DNA of 64,000 nt from Candidatus Heimdallarchaeota archaeon (GCA_019058275.1 JAHLVW010000066.1:160001-224000), one strand, 5' to 3'; shown: positions 19,205 through 29,675, numbered from the stretch's first letter. Translations and numbers: made by a program. Notes: generated by a model not told the origin, from the letters alone.

Positions 19205-19270
19205 ACATCTGCTTATTTAATAAGTGTTTTATATCATTTCAACTTCTTATTACATTGTATAATTAAAATT

Positions 19271-19783
19271 GTGATTATAATGAGCAAAGGCAAAGTTGCA
19301 TTAGGAGCACTAATTGGTTCCTTGATTGGTGTCGGTTTGTTAGTTCTAGGCATTTATTTAGCTAGTTCTACAGGTATATTTTGGTTGGTATTCCTTATAG
19401 CTGTTGTAGGTTGGTTAATAGCTGGACTGACAGCAGGTTTAATAGCTACTTCTCCCGGTAGAGGTGCTTTAGCAGGTTTTATAACAGCAGTATTTACGTT
19501 TATTATTAATTCAATTGTAATAGTATTCTTGACTACCGTAACTGCTTCAGGATTCTTTATACTATTAGTCGAAATTCTTACACTCGGAATGTATGATGGA
19601 TCTTCTATCCCAACAGAAGTTGTTATCATTTTTGTTCTAATTGGGTTATTAGTATCCTTTATTGTATCATTATTTTCAGGTGTTTTCAATATTGTTGGTG
19701 GACTAATAGGAGGAGCAATAAGAAATCCAAACAAAAGACAACAAGATGCCTATCAAGAGTATCCAACTGAAGATTATCGCTAA
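19271..19783 (+). CDS. Gly-rich membrane protein (DUF5518-like)
   Basis: IAGLTAGLIA..GRGALAG; GGLIGGAI; resembles 41382-41933. Confidence 0.7.
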   Translation: MIIMSKGKVALGALIGSLIGVGLLVLGIYLASSTGIFWLVFLIAVVGWLIAGLTAGLIATSPGRGALAGFITAVFTFIINSIVIVFLTTVTASGFFILLVEILTLGMYDGSSIPTEVVIIFVLIGLLVSFIVSLFSGVFNIVGGLIGGAIRNPNKRQQDAYQEYPTEDYR

Positions 19784-19942
19784 AGTATAATAAAATTAGT
19801 AACTAAATCAGTAAGAAATGTCTTTCATTTAATGATTTAGTTGTTCTTCTTTTTCTTTTTAACAGTTAATTTTATTATTTGAAAATCGTTAATATAATTA
19901 CGAAAATCGCAGCTTATCTTAAAGTAAGAAGTTGATGCAGAA

Positions 19943-20368
19943 ATGATCGATAAAATTGACAAAAAAATAATTGATCTCTTATTAGAAGACTCTCGAGTCA
20001 CTAATGTTCAAATAGCCAATAAAATAAAGCGAAGTGAATCGACTGTAAGACAAAGATTGACCAAATTAACTGACAAAGGTATTATAAAGAAATTTTCAAT
20101 TATTTTGAATCCAATAGCCTTTGGTTATAATACTGTTGCTTTTGTAGGACTAAACACTCATCCAGGAAAGCTATTAAAAGCTATCAAATCGCTTAAAAAA
20201 ATCGATGGTATTGTCTCAATATCTACAACGACAGGTGATTATATGATTCTTTGTGAAATTTGGGCTGAAGATGGAGTTCATCTCTCAGATATTATAGACA
20301 AAATAGAGGATATTGATGGGGTATTAGAGGTTTTACCTTCAATAATACAAGAAAAACATAAAGAGTAA
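19943..20368 (+). CDS. Lrp/AsnC transcriptional regulator
   Basis: IDKIDKKII..DSR..IA..SESTVRQRL HTH; TTGDY ligand domain. Confidence 0.93.
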   Translation: MIDKIDKKIIDLLLEDSRVTNVQIANKIKRSESTVRQRLTKLTDKGIIKKFSIILNPIAFGYNTVAFVGLNTHPGKLLKAIKSLKKIDGIVSISTTTGDYMILCEIWAEDGVHLSDIIDKIEDIDGVLEVLPSIIQEKHKE

Positions 20369-20385
20369 TTTGACAGAGGGTCAAA

Positions 20386-21348
20386 TTACTTATCTTTTAT
20401 TATATCAAGAGGATAGTTATCTTCTAGTAATTGCTTCAAGCATTCCTTTTTACTATCAGTAAATATACGTTCAACTTTATCGCTAAGTGTTTTAAGGATT
20501 TGAACAGCTCTTGCTGCTGGATCATTTTCACCAACAATAATACCTATGACGATATTTTCTTTCTTAATAATTATTAGCTGATTTTTGTGAGCTTGTAATA
20601 ATGTTTCAGCTTTAGGATATTGCTCCATTTGACGAATAAATCTACTTAGTTCATACTTTCCTCTTTTAAAAAGCTCAACACGTTTAGCTTGTGTTTTAGG
20701 TTTACCAAGAATTACCGTTTCAATTTCTGTTCCATCGCTATCAAAAATAAAACCACCTAGTATCTTGACATTGGTCAATGGAAGATCTTGATCAGCTGCC
20801 AAGTTATGGGTTAACCAATCCCAGCTCTCAAAAAGGTCTTCACCTGTTAATGCAGAGCATCTCGAGAAATTATACTTTCTTTGTAATCTAATTAGCTCTC
20901 CAAAATCAATAACATCTAAAACATCATCAGAACTTGCGGCATCTTCTAAATCAATCTTATTAGATAAGAACAAAACAGGTGCTTCTTGATTATAACTTAG
21001 AGCATTATTGAACTCTTCTGCAGCAATATTAAAACGCTTTTTATCTGCTGAATCCAAAACAAAGACAAGACCATCTGCGCTTGAGACAAATTTTTCCCAT
21101 AAAGTTTCACGTAGAGGCATTTGTCCTCCTAAATCATAGACAACAAACTCTAATGATCGGTATTTGTAAATCTCTATGTTAATACCAAAAGTAGGTCGTG
21201 TTAAATTGAATTCGGAACGCAATAACCTGTTAATAATTGTAGTTTTTCCTGCTCCATCTAAGCCAACGATCGCTACGGTTTTTTTATTCTCATTAGAATC
21301 ATCTTCTTTTGAATCGCGTCCTTTCATTATCTTCCTAAACAAAGTCAT
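20386..21348 (-). CDS. Arf-family small GTPase fused to a C-terminal longin/roadblock-like domain
   Basis: G1 GLDGAGKTT, G2 PTFG, G3 DLGGQ, G4 NKID, G5 CSAL; about 130-aa alpha/beta C-terminal extension. Confidence 0.88.
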   Translation of the reverse strand: MTLFRKIMKGRDSKEDDSNENKKTVAIVGLDGAGKTTIINRLLRSEFNLTRPTFGINIEIYKYRSLEFVVYDLGGQMPLRETLWEKFVSSADGLVFVLDSADKKRFNIAAEEFNNALSYNQEAPVLFLSNKIDLEDAASSDDVLDVIDFGELIRLQRKYNFSRCSALTGEDLFESWDWLTHNLAADQDLPLTNVKILGGFIFDSDGTEIETVILGKPKTQAKRVELFKRGKYELSRFIRQMEQYPKAETLLQAHKNQLIIIKKENIVIGIIVGENDPAARAVQILKTLSDKVERIFTDSKKECLKQLLEDNYPLDIIKDK

Positions 21349-21600
21349 TGTAACATAATCCTGTCTCTTAATAGAAATGGTCGATATTGTTAGAAATGTC
21401 TTAATAACTGTTTTTTATAAATTCGATATGTAAACTATCCGTTAAAAGTCTTACTTAAGAGGAAGAAAGAAAAAATTCTTGTATGTCTACAAGAAAATAT
21501 ATCAATTTGCAGTCAGCAGATATATTATAAAATTTGTAAGTAATAGAGTAATCAATAAAATAGCAATCAACGTTAATTAAAATGATATAAAAGGTGAATC

Positions 21601-22533
21601 TTGTTGAGCCAGCAAAATGTAATCGAAATAATGGGTTTAAAGAAAACTAGAGAAGATGATGAAATACTAGCTGGCATATCTTTTAATGTTCAAAAAGGAG
21701 AAATTTTTGCTTTACTAGGTTCGGATGGTTCTGGTAAAAGCTCAATTATGGAAATCCTAGTAGGATTGCAGAAACCAACAGAAGGAGATGCTACAGTCTT
21801 AGGATATGATATTAAAAGCAAAATCAAAATGAGGGAAATTAAAAAATTAATCGGTGTTTTACCACAAGAATTTCGAACTCACGATAATCTCACAGTGAAG
21901 GAAAACATCCTTTTTTGGGGCAAAATGTATGATAAAATGATTGAGATAAATGAGCTACTAGCTTTACTTCAATTAGATAATGTTAAGGGTGAACAATACA
22001 AAAAATTACCTCTAAATGTAAAAAGAAGAGTAGGTCTAGCAATTGCTTTTGTAAATGATCCTGAAATTGTTTTTCTTGACGAACCTTCTGCTGGATTAGA
22101 TCAATTCTCGAAAAAAGAAGTATGGGAGATTCTTAAAGCATTTAATAAACAAGGGAAAACAATTTTTTTGACAACAAATGATGCTCTTGAGCCACAAGCA
22201 ATAGCAAATAGAGTGGCTATAATTCATAGAGGTTTAATAAAGGATATCGGAACTCCTATGGAGTTAATAGATAGATTTAGTACCGGAAATAAAGTAATAG
22301 TACGTTGTCCAAATGAAGAAGTAAAAGCATTAGCAATTGAAACACTTCAAAGTGTATGTCCGATAGAAATTATCGATGATGACATCGTCATATCTAGTGA
22401 AGAAATAACCTTATTGGAAATTTTAGGGAAATTGGATAAAGCAGATGTACGTTATTCTGATATTGTGACAAAGAGACCAACACTAAATGATGTCTTCATA
22501 ACTTTAACAGGAGAGACTTTGAGCAAACGATAA
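21601..22533 (+). CDS. ABC-2 type transporter ATP-binding subunit (degenerate motifs)
   Basis: Walker A GSDGSGKS, Walker B FLDEP; signature reads LPLNV and H-loop reads TTND. Confidence 0.9.
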   Translation: MLSQQNVIEIMGLKKTREDDEILAGISFNVQKGEIFALLGSDGSGKSSIMEILVGLQKPTEGDATVLGYDIKSKIKMREIKKLIGVLPQEFRTHDNLTVKENILFWGKMYDKMIEINELLALLQLDNVKGEQYKKLPLNVKRRVGLAIAFVNDPEIVFLDEPSAGLDQFSKKEVWEILKAFNKQGKTIFLTTNDALEPQAIANRVAIIHRGLIKDIGTPMELIDRFSTGNKVIVRCPNEEVKALAIETLQSVCPIEIIDDDIVISSEEITLLEILGKLDKADVRYSDIVTKRPTLNDVFITLTGETLSKR

Positions 22534-22562
22534 ATTTGGTGAAGGAAATTTGAGCAAACGAT
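22518..22562 (+). repeat. 14-bp direct repeat TTTGAGCAAACGAT at the ATPase/permease junction
   Basis: Copies at 22518-22531 and 22549-22562. Confidence 0.8.
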
Positions 22563-23734
22563 CTAAGGAAAATTCCAGAAATAATAATAAAGGAGAATTT
22601 TCTGAAAGTCGGTTTACCATTTTTATGAAAAAAATTCGTTCAAGTTTACGAAGAATAACTAATCAAGTTAAAGGTATAAGCTTAAGACATTTTAGATCTC
22701 CAAGTTCAATCTTTTGGTCTGTAGTTTACCCAATAATTCTTATTCTTTTATTTGGATCAATGTTTGGTCGCTCTATAGATACATCCTATAATCTAGATGT
22801 TTTGGATTGGGATGATAGTAAAGAATCAAATGATTTTATTCAATATTTAGGAAATCTGACATCTCTTACAATAAATATAATTGAAGAGCAAGTTATCATT
22901 CCTGAAAACTGGCTAAAAGAGAACAATAAGGATATTTTACTTGTGATACCTTTTAACTGGGGCAATCGTCTTTCGTTAAATCTAACAAGTAATTTAACTG
23001 TCTACTCAGATCCTTCATCTTCGACAGCAAAAGCGATTTTGGTTATAATTGAAGAAGCAGTTACAGAATTAAACTTCGATCTTCTTAATTTGGAGACAAG
23101 ATTTGGATTCTTAGTTGAAAGTTACTATATTGAAGAATTAAGTTTCATTGACTCTTTTGTTCCTGGCATTATTATGATTTCAGTAACAACAATTGCCCTT
23201 TTTACAGGATTAAGCTATGATTTAGAAGAAAAACATAGTGGCATTTTGCTAAAACTAGCTACAACACCGACAATGAAATTTGAGTGGATATTATCAAAAC
23301 AGATTTGGCAAGTCATTTTAACTTTAATTGCAAGTACACTAACTATTCTGTTTGCGTTAATATTTGATTTTACTGCAACAAGCCTGCATCCAATGATGAT
23401 TGTTTTTGTTATTTATGGAACTATGACTTTTACAGGAATAGCAATGATTCTAGTAAGAATAATCACGAATCCTGATGGAGTTATTCTAGCTTCCGTATTG
23501 CTTACAATACCTCAGATATTCCTAAGTGGAGCACTATTCCCATTGGATACATTACCTCAATTTCTACAGTATATTGGACGAATATTTCCTTTGTTTTATT
23601 TAACTGAAGGTATAAGAGCTTTAATGCTTGATTATACGAAAACACAATTTTGGTTGTATTTCAGCATCTCAACCATTTTAGCATTTGGATTGTTTATATT
23701 AGGGATACTTGTTACCAATTGGAAGAAGGAGTGA
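22550..23734 (+). CDS. ABC-2 permease
   Basis: TM1, large extracellular loop, FVPGII, LATTP, FLSGALFP, IFPL. Confidence 0.92.
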   Translation: MSKRSKENSRNNNKGEFSESRFTIFMKKIRSSLRRITNQVKGISLRHFRSPSSIFWSVVYPIILILLFGSMFGRSIDTSYNLDVLDWDDSKESNDFIQYLGNLTSLTINIIEEQVIIPENWLKENNKDILLVIPFNWGNRLSLNLTSNLTVYSDPSSSTAKAILVIIEEAVTELNFDLLNLETRFGFLVESYYIEELSFIDSFVPGIIMISVTTIALFTGLSYDLEEKHSGILLKLATTPTMKFEWILSKQIWQVILTLIASTLTILFALIFDFTATSLHPMMIVFVIYGTMTFTGIAMILVRIITNPDGVILASVLLTIPQIFLSGALFPLDTLPQFLQYIGRIFPLFYLTEGIRALMLDYTKTQFWLYFSISTILAFGLFILGILVTNWKKE

Positions 23735-23740
23735 TTAAGG

Positions 23741-24904
23741 ATGAATGATGAAAGTAAAATCAAATTGGCTGGAAGAAAAATCCTGAATTTCTTCATACAT
23801 CTTAGTCATAGTTTTAGACGTATTGGTAACCACATTAATGCTTCTTTCAAATTATTCTATCGTTCACGAATAACAGTGTTCTTACTCCTCTTCTATCCTA
23901 TTATACTTCTTCTGTTATTTGGTTCTATATTTGCAAAACATGACATATACTCATTTAATTTAGAAGTTCAAGATAATGATAATACAATTATTTCTGAAGA
24001 ATTAATACTGAACCTAACAGCTATAGATATTTTAGAGATAAATCGTTTATCTAGTGATGTTGATCCAAAGGAATACCTTCAAGAAAATGGGTTGTATGCT
24101 TGTCTAGTTATACCGGAAAATTGGACGTTGCATTCATATAACCCTAGCTTTTCTTCATCAAATGTTACATTAATAATTGATCCATATTCTTCAAGTGCTC
24201 AAAGTGTAGTACATATAGTTATGAAAACGATAAAAGATTTCAATATCCAACAAAATGGTTCAATACCTCGAGTCAATATTGAAACTGAAAATTTCTATTC
24301 AGATACTATTAGTTACATAGATTTCTTTCTACCAGGGATAATTGGCATCACAATTATGAATGCAGGTATTTTGGGTACAATTTTCAGACAAGCTCACTTC
24401 AAACAATCAGGTTTGTTTAGGAAATATGCAACAACACCATTAACAAGGTGGGAATATGTCTCTGCAGAAATTACTTGGCAATTCCTTTTAGCATTTATAG
24501 CAACGACTCTAACAGTCTTTACAGCTTGGCTAGTTTTTAGTTTCAGTTGGGTTAGTTTCAGTGTGTTAATTATTCCAATAATTCTCGTAGGTGTAGTTCT
24601 CTTTTCAGGGATAGGATTATTGATTAGTCAAATAATTAGAAATCCAAAAAACTCTCTTGTAATTGGTACATTGTTCACTATTCCAATGTTATTTCTTAGC
24701 GGAATCTTTTTCGATTTTACAGGAATAAAGACATTAAGGATAATATCCAAATTCTCGCCATTAACTTTCATAGTTGAAGCATTAAGATCTAGTATGATAA
24801 CAAGGGATATTGGAAATGCTTGGATGAACATAGGTATAGCTTTTGGAATAGGAATTGTAGCAATCGTTATTGGTGTATTTCTCACAAAATGGGAAAGAGA
24901 CTAG
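23741..24904 (+). CDS. ABC-2 permease (paralogue of the upstream gene)
   Basis: DFFLPGIIG, YATTPL, FLSGIFF, SPLTFIVEALR. Confidence 0.92.
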   Translation: MNDESKIKLAGRKILNFFIHLSHSFRRIGNHINASFKLFYRSRITVFLLLFYPIILLLLFGSIFAKHDIYSFNLEVQDNDNTIISEELILNLTAIDILEINRLSSDVDPKEYLQENGLYACLVIPENWTLHSYNPSFSSSNVTLIIDPYSSSAQSVVHIVMKTIKDFNIQQNGSIPRVNIETENFYSDTISYIDFFLPGIIGITIMNAGILGTIFRQAHFKQSGLFRKYATTPLTRWEYVSAEITWQFLLAFIATTLTVFTAWLVFSFSWVSFSVLIIPIILVGVVLFSGIGLLISQIIRNPKNSLVIGTLFTIPMLFLSGIFFDFTGIKTLRIISKFSPLTFIVEALRSSMITRDIGNAWMNIGIAFGIGIVAIVIGVFLTKWERD

Positions 24905-24937
24905 CATAGTACAACTCATAAGGATGATATCAGAAAC

Positions 24938-25507
24938 ATGACAAATAGAAGGAAACTAACTTTCGTTACTAAAAACAAAGAAAAAATCTCAGATATAACA
25001 AAGATGCTAGGAGATAAAATTGATTTAAAATTCCTATCCGAGTTAGAGTTGCTTGAGATTCAATCCTTATCTGTTGAAGAAGTTGTTGCTTTCAAAGCTA
25101 AACAAGCACATGAAATTCTAGGTGTTCCTGTTGCTGTTTCGGATAGTGGTTTGGAAATAAAATCCTTAAATAATTTCCCTGGAGCTTTAGTGAAATTTGT
25201 AAATGAAACGATTGGACAAGAGGGTATAGTAAGGTTGTTAGAAAACAATCAAGATAGAAAATCTTTTTTTGTTGCAGCTATCGGATACTGTGATTCAAAA
25301 CATGGAACAAAAGTTTTCGTTGAAAGAGATGAAGGGACAATTGCACAAGAACCAAGAGGGAAGGGGTGGCATTTTGATTGTATATTTGTACCAAAAGGAG
25401 ATACGAGAACTTGGGCTGAAATAGGACGAAAAAGAAAAAATGAAGATTCTGCTTTTAGAAGAGCTTTAGAAAAAATGTTTAATTTCTTGCTGAAAAATGA
25501 TAAGTGA
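24938..25507 (+). CDS. rdgB: Non-canonical purine NTP pyrophosphatase (Ham1/RdgB family), variant motifs
   Basis: FVTKNKEK, EIQS, DSGLEI..LNNFPG; the SHR motif reads SAF. Confidence 0.85.
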   Translation: MTNRRKLTFVTKNKEKISDITKMLGDKIDLKFLSELELLEIQSLSVEEVVAFKAKQAHEILGVPVAVSDSGLEIKSLNNFPGALVKFVNETIGQEGIVRLLENNQDRKSFFVAAIGYCDSKHGTKVFVERDEGTIAQEPRGKGWHFDCIFVPKGDTRTWAEIGRKRKNEDSAFRRALEKMFNFLLKNDK

Positions 25508-25525
25508 TGAAAAATAGCAGTTAAG

Positions 25526-26863
25526 CTATAATTCATCAACATCTGAAACTGGAGATCTTGTAAAGATCATGAATGAGTAAATGAGAAAGGCAACATAGAG
25601 CAATTTCATGATTATAACTATCATTGAATGAATAGATTTTATTTCTTTAGCATAGAAAAATAAGTATGATGCAACAAGAATTCCCATTAATGAGCTAGCA
25701 ACAATGATCAATAGCATGTTTTCATATTTTTCCAATCTTTCTCGTTTAATACCTGACTTGATTCCAAGAACAACTGACAACCCACCTATAGGTGCAATAA
25801 TTAATTGTGATAATCCAATTGGTATCAAGAGACTTCTGCCAATAATCTGTTTAATATCATAGTAGTATCGTCGTAAATCTTCAAATTGTCTATTCAAAAG
25901 GGTTCTATGGTCTTTCTTAATCCTTCGACGGTACCAATCTGAAATTCTTCTTCTTCGACCAGTTAGAACTTTTGGCGCAATGTCTTTTTCAGGATTCCTA
26001 AATAATTTAACTGCAGGAATAATATAGAACGTAATAATTGATACAGCAGCGATTATCCCCTTGTATATTTCATTTATTAAATCAAGTGTTCCGAGAAATC
26101 CAACGACATTTTGCAAGAATTCACTTGCTGGAATTGTTGAACCAGGCCAAACAATAATTGCTCTAATTATAGTGAAAAGTGATAATACAATTCCAAGAAT
26201 CATCATAACATAAAGTGGGACTAGCATTATTAGCTTGAATTTTCTAGGTTCTAGTTCCTCTTGTCTATGAATAACCCTTTCAGCAAATTTCCCTCTATAT
26301 TCTTTCTTTATCTCATCAATTTTCTCTTTCTCTTTATCAACTTCAGTTTCAAATTTCTTCTTTTCCTTCTTTAATTCAAGTCTTCTGTCTTCCAGTTTTT
26401 CCTTTTCACGTTTGATTTTTCTTTTTGACCAACTTCCAGCAGCTATTTTTTCTTCAATCAATTTTTCTTTTTGATCTAACTCTTGATCTAATTTTTTATA
26501 TTCTTCTTTTTTCTTATTCTCAACTTCATCTAATCTTTCTAATTCTTTCTCCAATTTTAGGATATCTTTTTCACTATATGCTTTCTTCTTTGCTGATCTA
26601 GTAAGACTACCAATTATCTTTTGAGCTATTGGCACATAACCAGTGATAAATCCGAAACCACTCAAAACTTGTTGAAAAATGAAATAAACTAACAGCGGAT
26701 AAAATACTATGTCTAGATAAGTAACATTCTCGCCTTTCAAAGTAGCTACTAAAACTATTGTGATTATTAAAACAATTAATCCTGTAGTGAAAGCAATGTA
26801 ATAGCTCTTGTCAACTTTTTTTACTGCTTCACTAATTCGATCGTATTTTCCTTTACCATTCAT
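25526..26863 (-). CDS. Polytopic membrane protein with a long charged coiled-coil loop
   Basis: About 7 TM helices; about 110-aa K/E-rich heptad region after TM2. Confidence 0.75.
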   Translation of the reverse strand: MNGKGKYDRISEAVKKVDKSYYIAFTTGLIVLIITIVLVATLKGENVTYLDIVFYPLLVYFIFQQVLSGFGFITGYVPIAQKIIGSLTRSAKKKAYSEKDILKLEKELERLDEVENKKKEEYKKLDQELDQKEKLIEEKIAAGSWSKRKIKREKEKLEDRRLELKKEKKKFETEVDKEKEKIDEIKKEYRGKFAERVIHRQEELEPRKFKLIMLVPLYVMMILGIVLSLFTIIRAIIVWPGSTIPASEFLQNVVGFLGTLDLINEIYKGIIAAVSIITFYIIPAVKLFRNPEKDIAPKVLTGRRRRISDWYRRRIKKDHRTLLNRQFEDLRRYYYDIKQIIGRSLLIPIGLSQLIIAPIGGLSVVLGIKSGIKRERLEKYENMLLIIVASSLMGILVASYLFFYAKEIKSIHSMIVIIMKLLYVAFLIYSFMIFTRSPVSDVDEL

Positions 26864-27010
26864 AGTTATAGAAGATTGTAGTTGGAAACAAAAAGATTTC
26901 GCTAGTTATTTTTGAATCAGTATTTAACATTAACTTTTAGTAACACTAGACATAAGTTAGAATTGGTTTTCCTGAATCATATAATGAAATTACCTTTAGA
27001 AGCGATCTAG

Positions 27011-27526
27011 ATGAAATACAATATTCGAAAAGCGACAATTTATGATATTAATCAAATATATGAAATTGAGAATCTATGTTTTAATAAAATAGATCGTTTT
27101 AGTAAAGATTTTTTCTACTTGTTCTTGTTAGGAAGAAAATATGAAATATTCTTAGTAGCTACAATTGAGAATACAAAAGAGGAGATAGTCATAGGTTTCA
27201 TTGTTGCTTATCTAAATTCAATTAACAATTATGAAATTGCTACTGTTAATGTTCATCCAGAATGGCGTCGAATAGGAGCAGGATATAATTTAATGTTACA
27301 ACTGGAAGAAGCTGTAGTTATAATTGTACCAGAATTAAGAAATCGAAAGATGATTGATACGAATTCAGAAGAAATCACAATAGAACTAACAGTTCAAACT
27401 GAAAACGAAGCTGCAAAGAATATCTACCATAAATTAGAATACAAGCAAATAGAAGTAATACCTGATTACTATAAAAAAGGAAGTGCTGGCATTCGTATGG
27501 TTAAGAAATTAAAAATAAGTCTTTAA
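27011..27526 (+). CDS. rimI: RimI/Ard1-like N-terminal acetyltransferase
   Basis: IYEIENLCF, VHPEWRRIGAG, NEAAKNIY, IPDYY. Confidence 0.8.
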   Translation: MKYNIRKATIYDINQIYEIENLCFNKIDRFSKDFFYLFLLGRKYEIFLVATIENTKEEIVIGFIVAYLNSINNYEIATVNVHPEWRRIGAGYNLMLQLEEAVVIIVPELRNRKMIDTNSEEITIELTVQTENEAAKNIYHKLEYKQIEVIPDYYKKGSAGIRMVKKLKISL

Positions 27527-27637
27527 TAACTTCCAAAAACATAGTAAATTAAAACGGAAACCGTCTATACACATACATTTTTATCTAAGTCTAGAAAAAA
27601 GAATGTTAAGCGTTAAAGATCGGAGTAATGTACAAAT

Positions 27638-28852
27638 ATGAATCCTGAAGTTGAGCAGGAAGGCGATGAAAAAGATATTGCAGATAAGGATAGAAGTTAT
27701 CTGTTATCTTATACTCGTCATTTAGAACGCAAGATTAGAACTCTCGAAACAGAGAAGCAGCTAATTGATAATGAGCGCATGCGTATGGAGCGCGAAATTG
27801 CTTCTATGAGAAATGATCTTGAGCAAATGAAAAGAAGCCCATTAATAACTGGTACCATTGTAGATTCTTTAGATGATGGCAGAGCAGTAGTAAGAAGCTC
27901 AAGTGGTCCAAGTTTTGTTGTAAATGTAATTAAATCAATTGATAAAGATTTGTTGAAATCAAATTCAAGAGTTGCTTTAAATCAAAGGAATTTTGCGATA
28001 GTAGAAGTATTACCTCAACAAAAAGATCCTATGGTTTCTGCTATGGAAGTTGAAGATAGACCTTCTGTTGCATATGAAGATGTCGGTGGACTTGAAGAAC
28101 AAATTCTTGAATTGAGAGAAACAGTTGAACTTCCATTAACAAAACCTGAATTATTTGAGAGGGTTGGTATTTCTCCACCTAAAGGTGTTATGCTTTTTGG
28201 TCCTCCAGGAACAGGTAAAACACTTTTAGCAAGAGCTGTTGCTCACGAAACAAATGCGACATTTATCCGTGTAATTGGGAGTGAATTAGTTCAGAAATTT
28301 ATCGGTGAAGGTGCACGATTAGTAAGAGAGATATTCGAATTTGCTGAAGAACGATCGCCTACAATCTTATTTATCGATGAATTAGATGCTATTGGTTCAA
28401 GAAGATTAGATATTGCAACAAGCGGAGACAGAGAAGTCCAAAGAACATTGATGCAATTATTAAGCAATCTTGATGGTTTTGATGTTAGAGGTAATGTTAG
28501 AGTAATTGCTGCTACAAACAGACCAGATATTTTAGATCCAGCACTACTAAGGCCTGGGAGATTTGATCGTATAATTGAAATTGGTATGCCAACTGCTAAA
28601 GAAAGATTAGCTATCTTCAAAATACACACAAGAAAAATGTCCCTTGATGATTCTGTAGACCTTGATGTAATTGTAAGTATGACTGAAGGAGCTTCTGGAG
28701 CAGATATCAAAAATATGTGCACAGAATCAGGCATGTTTGCAGTTAGAAACGAAAGGGATCACATAACTGAATCAGACTTCAAAAAAGCTGTCAGTAAAGT
28801 TATGGGTAAAGTACGAGCAGAAACTGGAAATAAAGAACGATTCTTTGTATAG
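27638..28852 (+). CDS. pan: Proteasome-activating nucleotidase
   Basis: Coiled coil, OB fold, [28 protein letters not shown]. Confidence 0.97.
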   Translation: MNPEVEQEGDEKDIADKDRSYLLSYTRHLERKIRTLETEKQLIDNERMRMEREIASMRNDLEQMKRSPLITGTIVDSLDDGRAVVRSSSGPSFVVNVIKSIDKDLLKSNSRVALNQRNFAIVEVLPQQKDPMVSAMEVEDRPSVAYEDVGGLEEQILELRETVELPLTKPELFERVGISPPKGVMLFGPPGTGKTLLARAVAHETNATFIRVIGSELVQKFIGEGARLVREIFEFAEERSPTILFIDELDAIGSRRLDIATSGDREVQRTLMQLLSNLDGFDVRGNVRVIAATNRPDILDPALLRPGRFDRIIEIGMPTAKERLAIFKIHTRKMSLDDSVDLDVIVSMTEGASGADIKNMCTESGMFAVRNERDHITESDFKKAVSKVMGKVRAETGNKERFFV

Positions 28853-28873
28853 AATCTTCTTCTTTCTATATTT

Positions 28874-29527
28874 TTATGCTTCGGATTTTTCAAGACTTTT
28901 CTTTTCTAATTTCTCTTTTATCTTTTTAAGCTGAGTAAATTGCTCTCTTTCTTGTTCTTCTAAGGTTGTTTCGATAAAGGCAATTTGAGTTTTCAATCTA
29001 GGTATTAGGATAAATCTGAGTGCATTTACTCGTCTTTTAGTTTCTGTTATCGCTTGACCTAAGATTTGTAAAGTTGCTAAGGTTTCTGCAAGAGTAACAA
29101 TTTTTTCAATTGCTTTTCGATAATCATCTACTGTTTTATCTATTTCAGAACTTGAACTTAGAAAACCATAGAATAGCTTAGATTCAGATTCATCACGAAC
29201 TTGTTCTAAATCTAAGTTTGGTACGATAACTCCAGCGACATTGTTTTCATAAGCTTCAATTTGCCACATTTCCGGAGCTGCAAATGTAATTTCTCTTAAT
29301 CGAAGAGGTCCTACAGCTATTTGCGCATCTATTAATGATTGATGAGCTTTAATCGTTAATTTGGATGTTTCTTCTCGAAGTCCTCTGATTGTATCAACCA
29401 CCTCAAAGAATCTAATTACCAAAGAATCTAGTTTTTCTTGTAAAAGATCATGACCTTTTTCAGCAAGTTTTCTGCGATCACGCAATTTCATAAGATTCAT
29501 TCGAGTAGCTTGGACACCTTCGCTCAA
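28874..29527 (-). CDS. atpD: A/V-type ATP synthase subunit D, stand-alone
   Basis: TRMNL..GHDLLQEK; TKRRVNAL..IP.L..LEEQERE. Confidence 0.93.
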   Translation of the reverse strand: MSEGVQATRMNLMKLRDRRKLAEKGHDLLQEKLDSLVIRFFEVVDTIRGLREETSKLTIKAHQSLIDAQIAVGPLRLREITFAAPEMWQIEAYENNVAGVIVPNLDLEQVRDESESKLFYGFLSSSSEIDKTVDDYRKAIEKIVTLAETLATLQILGQAITETKRRVNALRFILIPRLKTQIAFIETTLEEQEREQFTQLKKIKEKLEKKSLEKSEA

Positions 29528-29675
29528 TTTTTCTACCTACCGTTTGTATGTTAACAATAGTTATTGTTAAATGTAACTACTTCAAGTTTTTTTATTAAGC
29601 ACCATAAAAAATTTTTTACATGAATCAACAAATTAAGTTAAAAAACAATGAATTCATGAGGAATGTATAGTAGAA

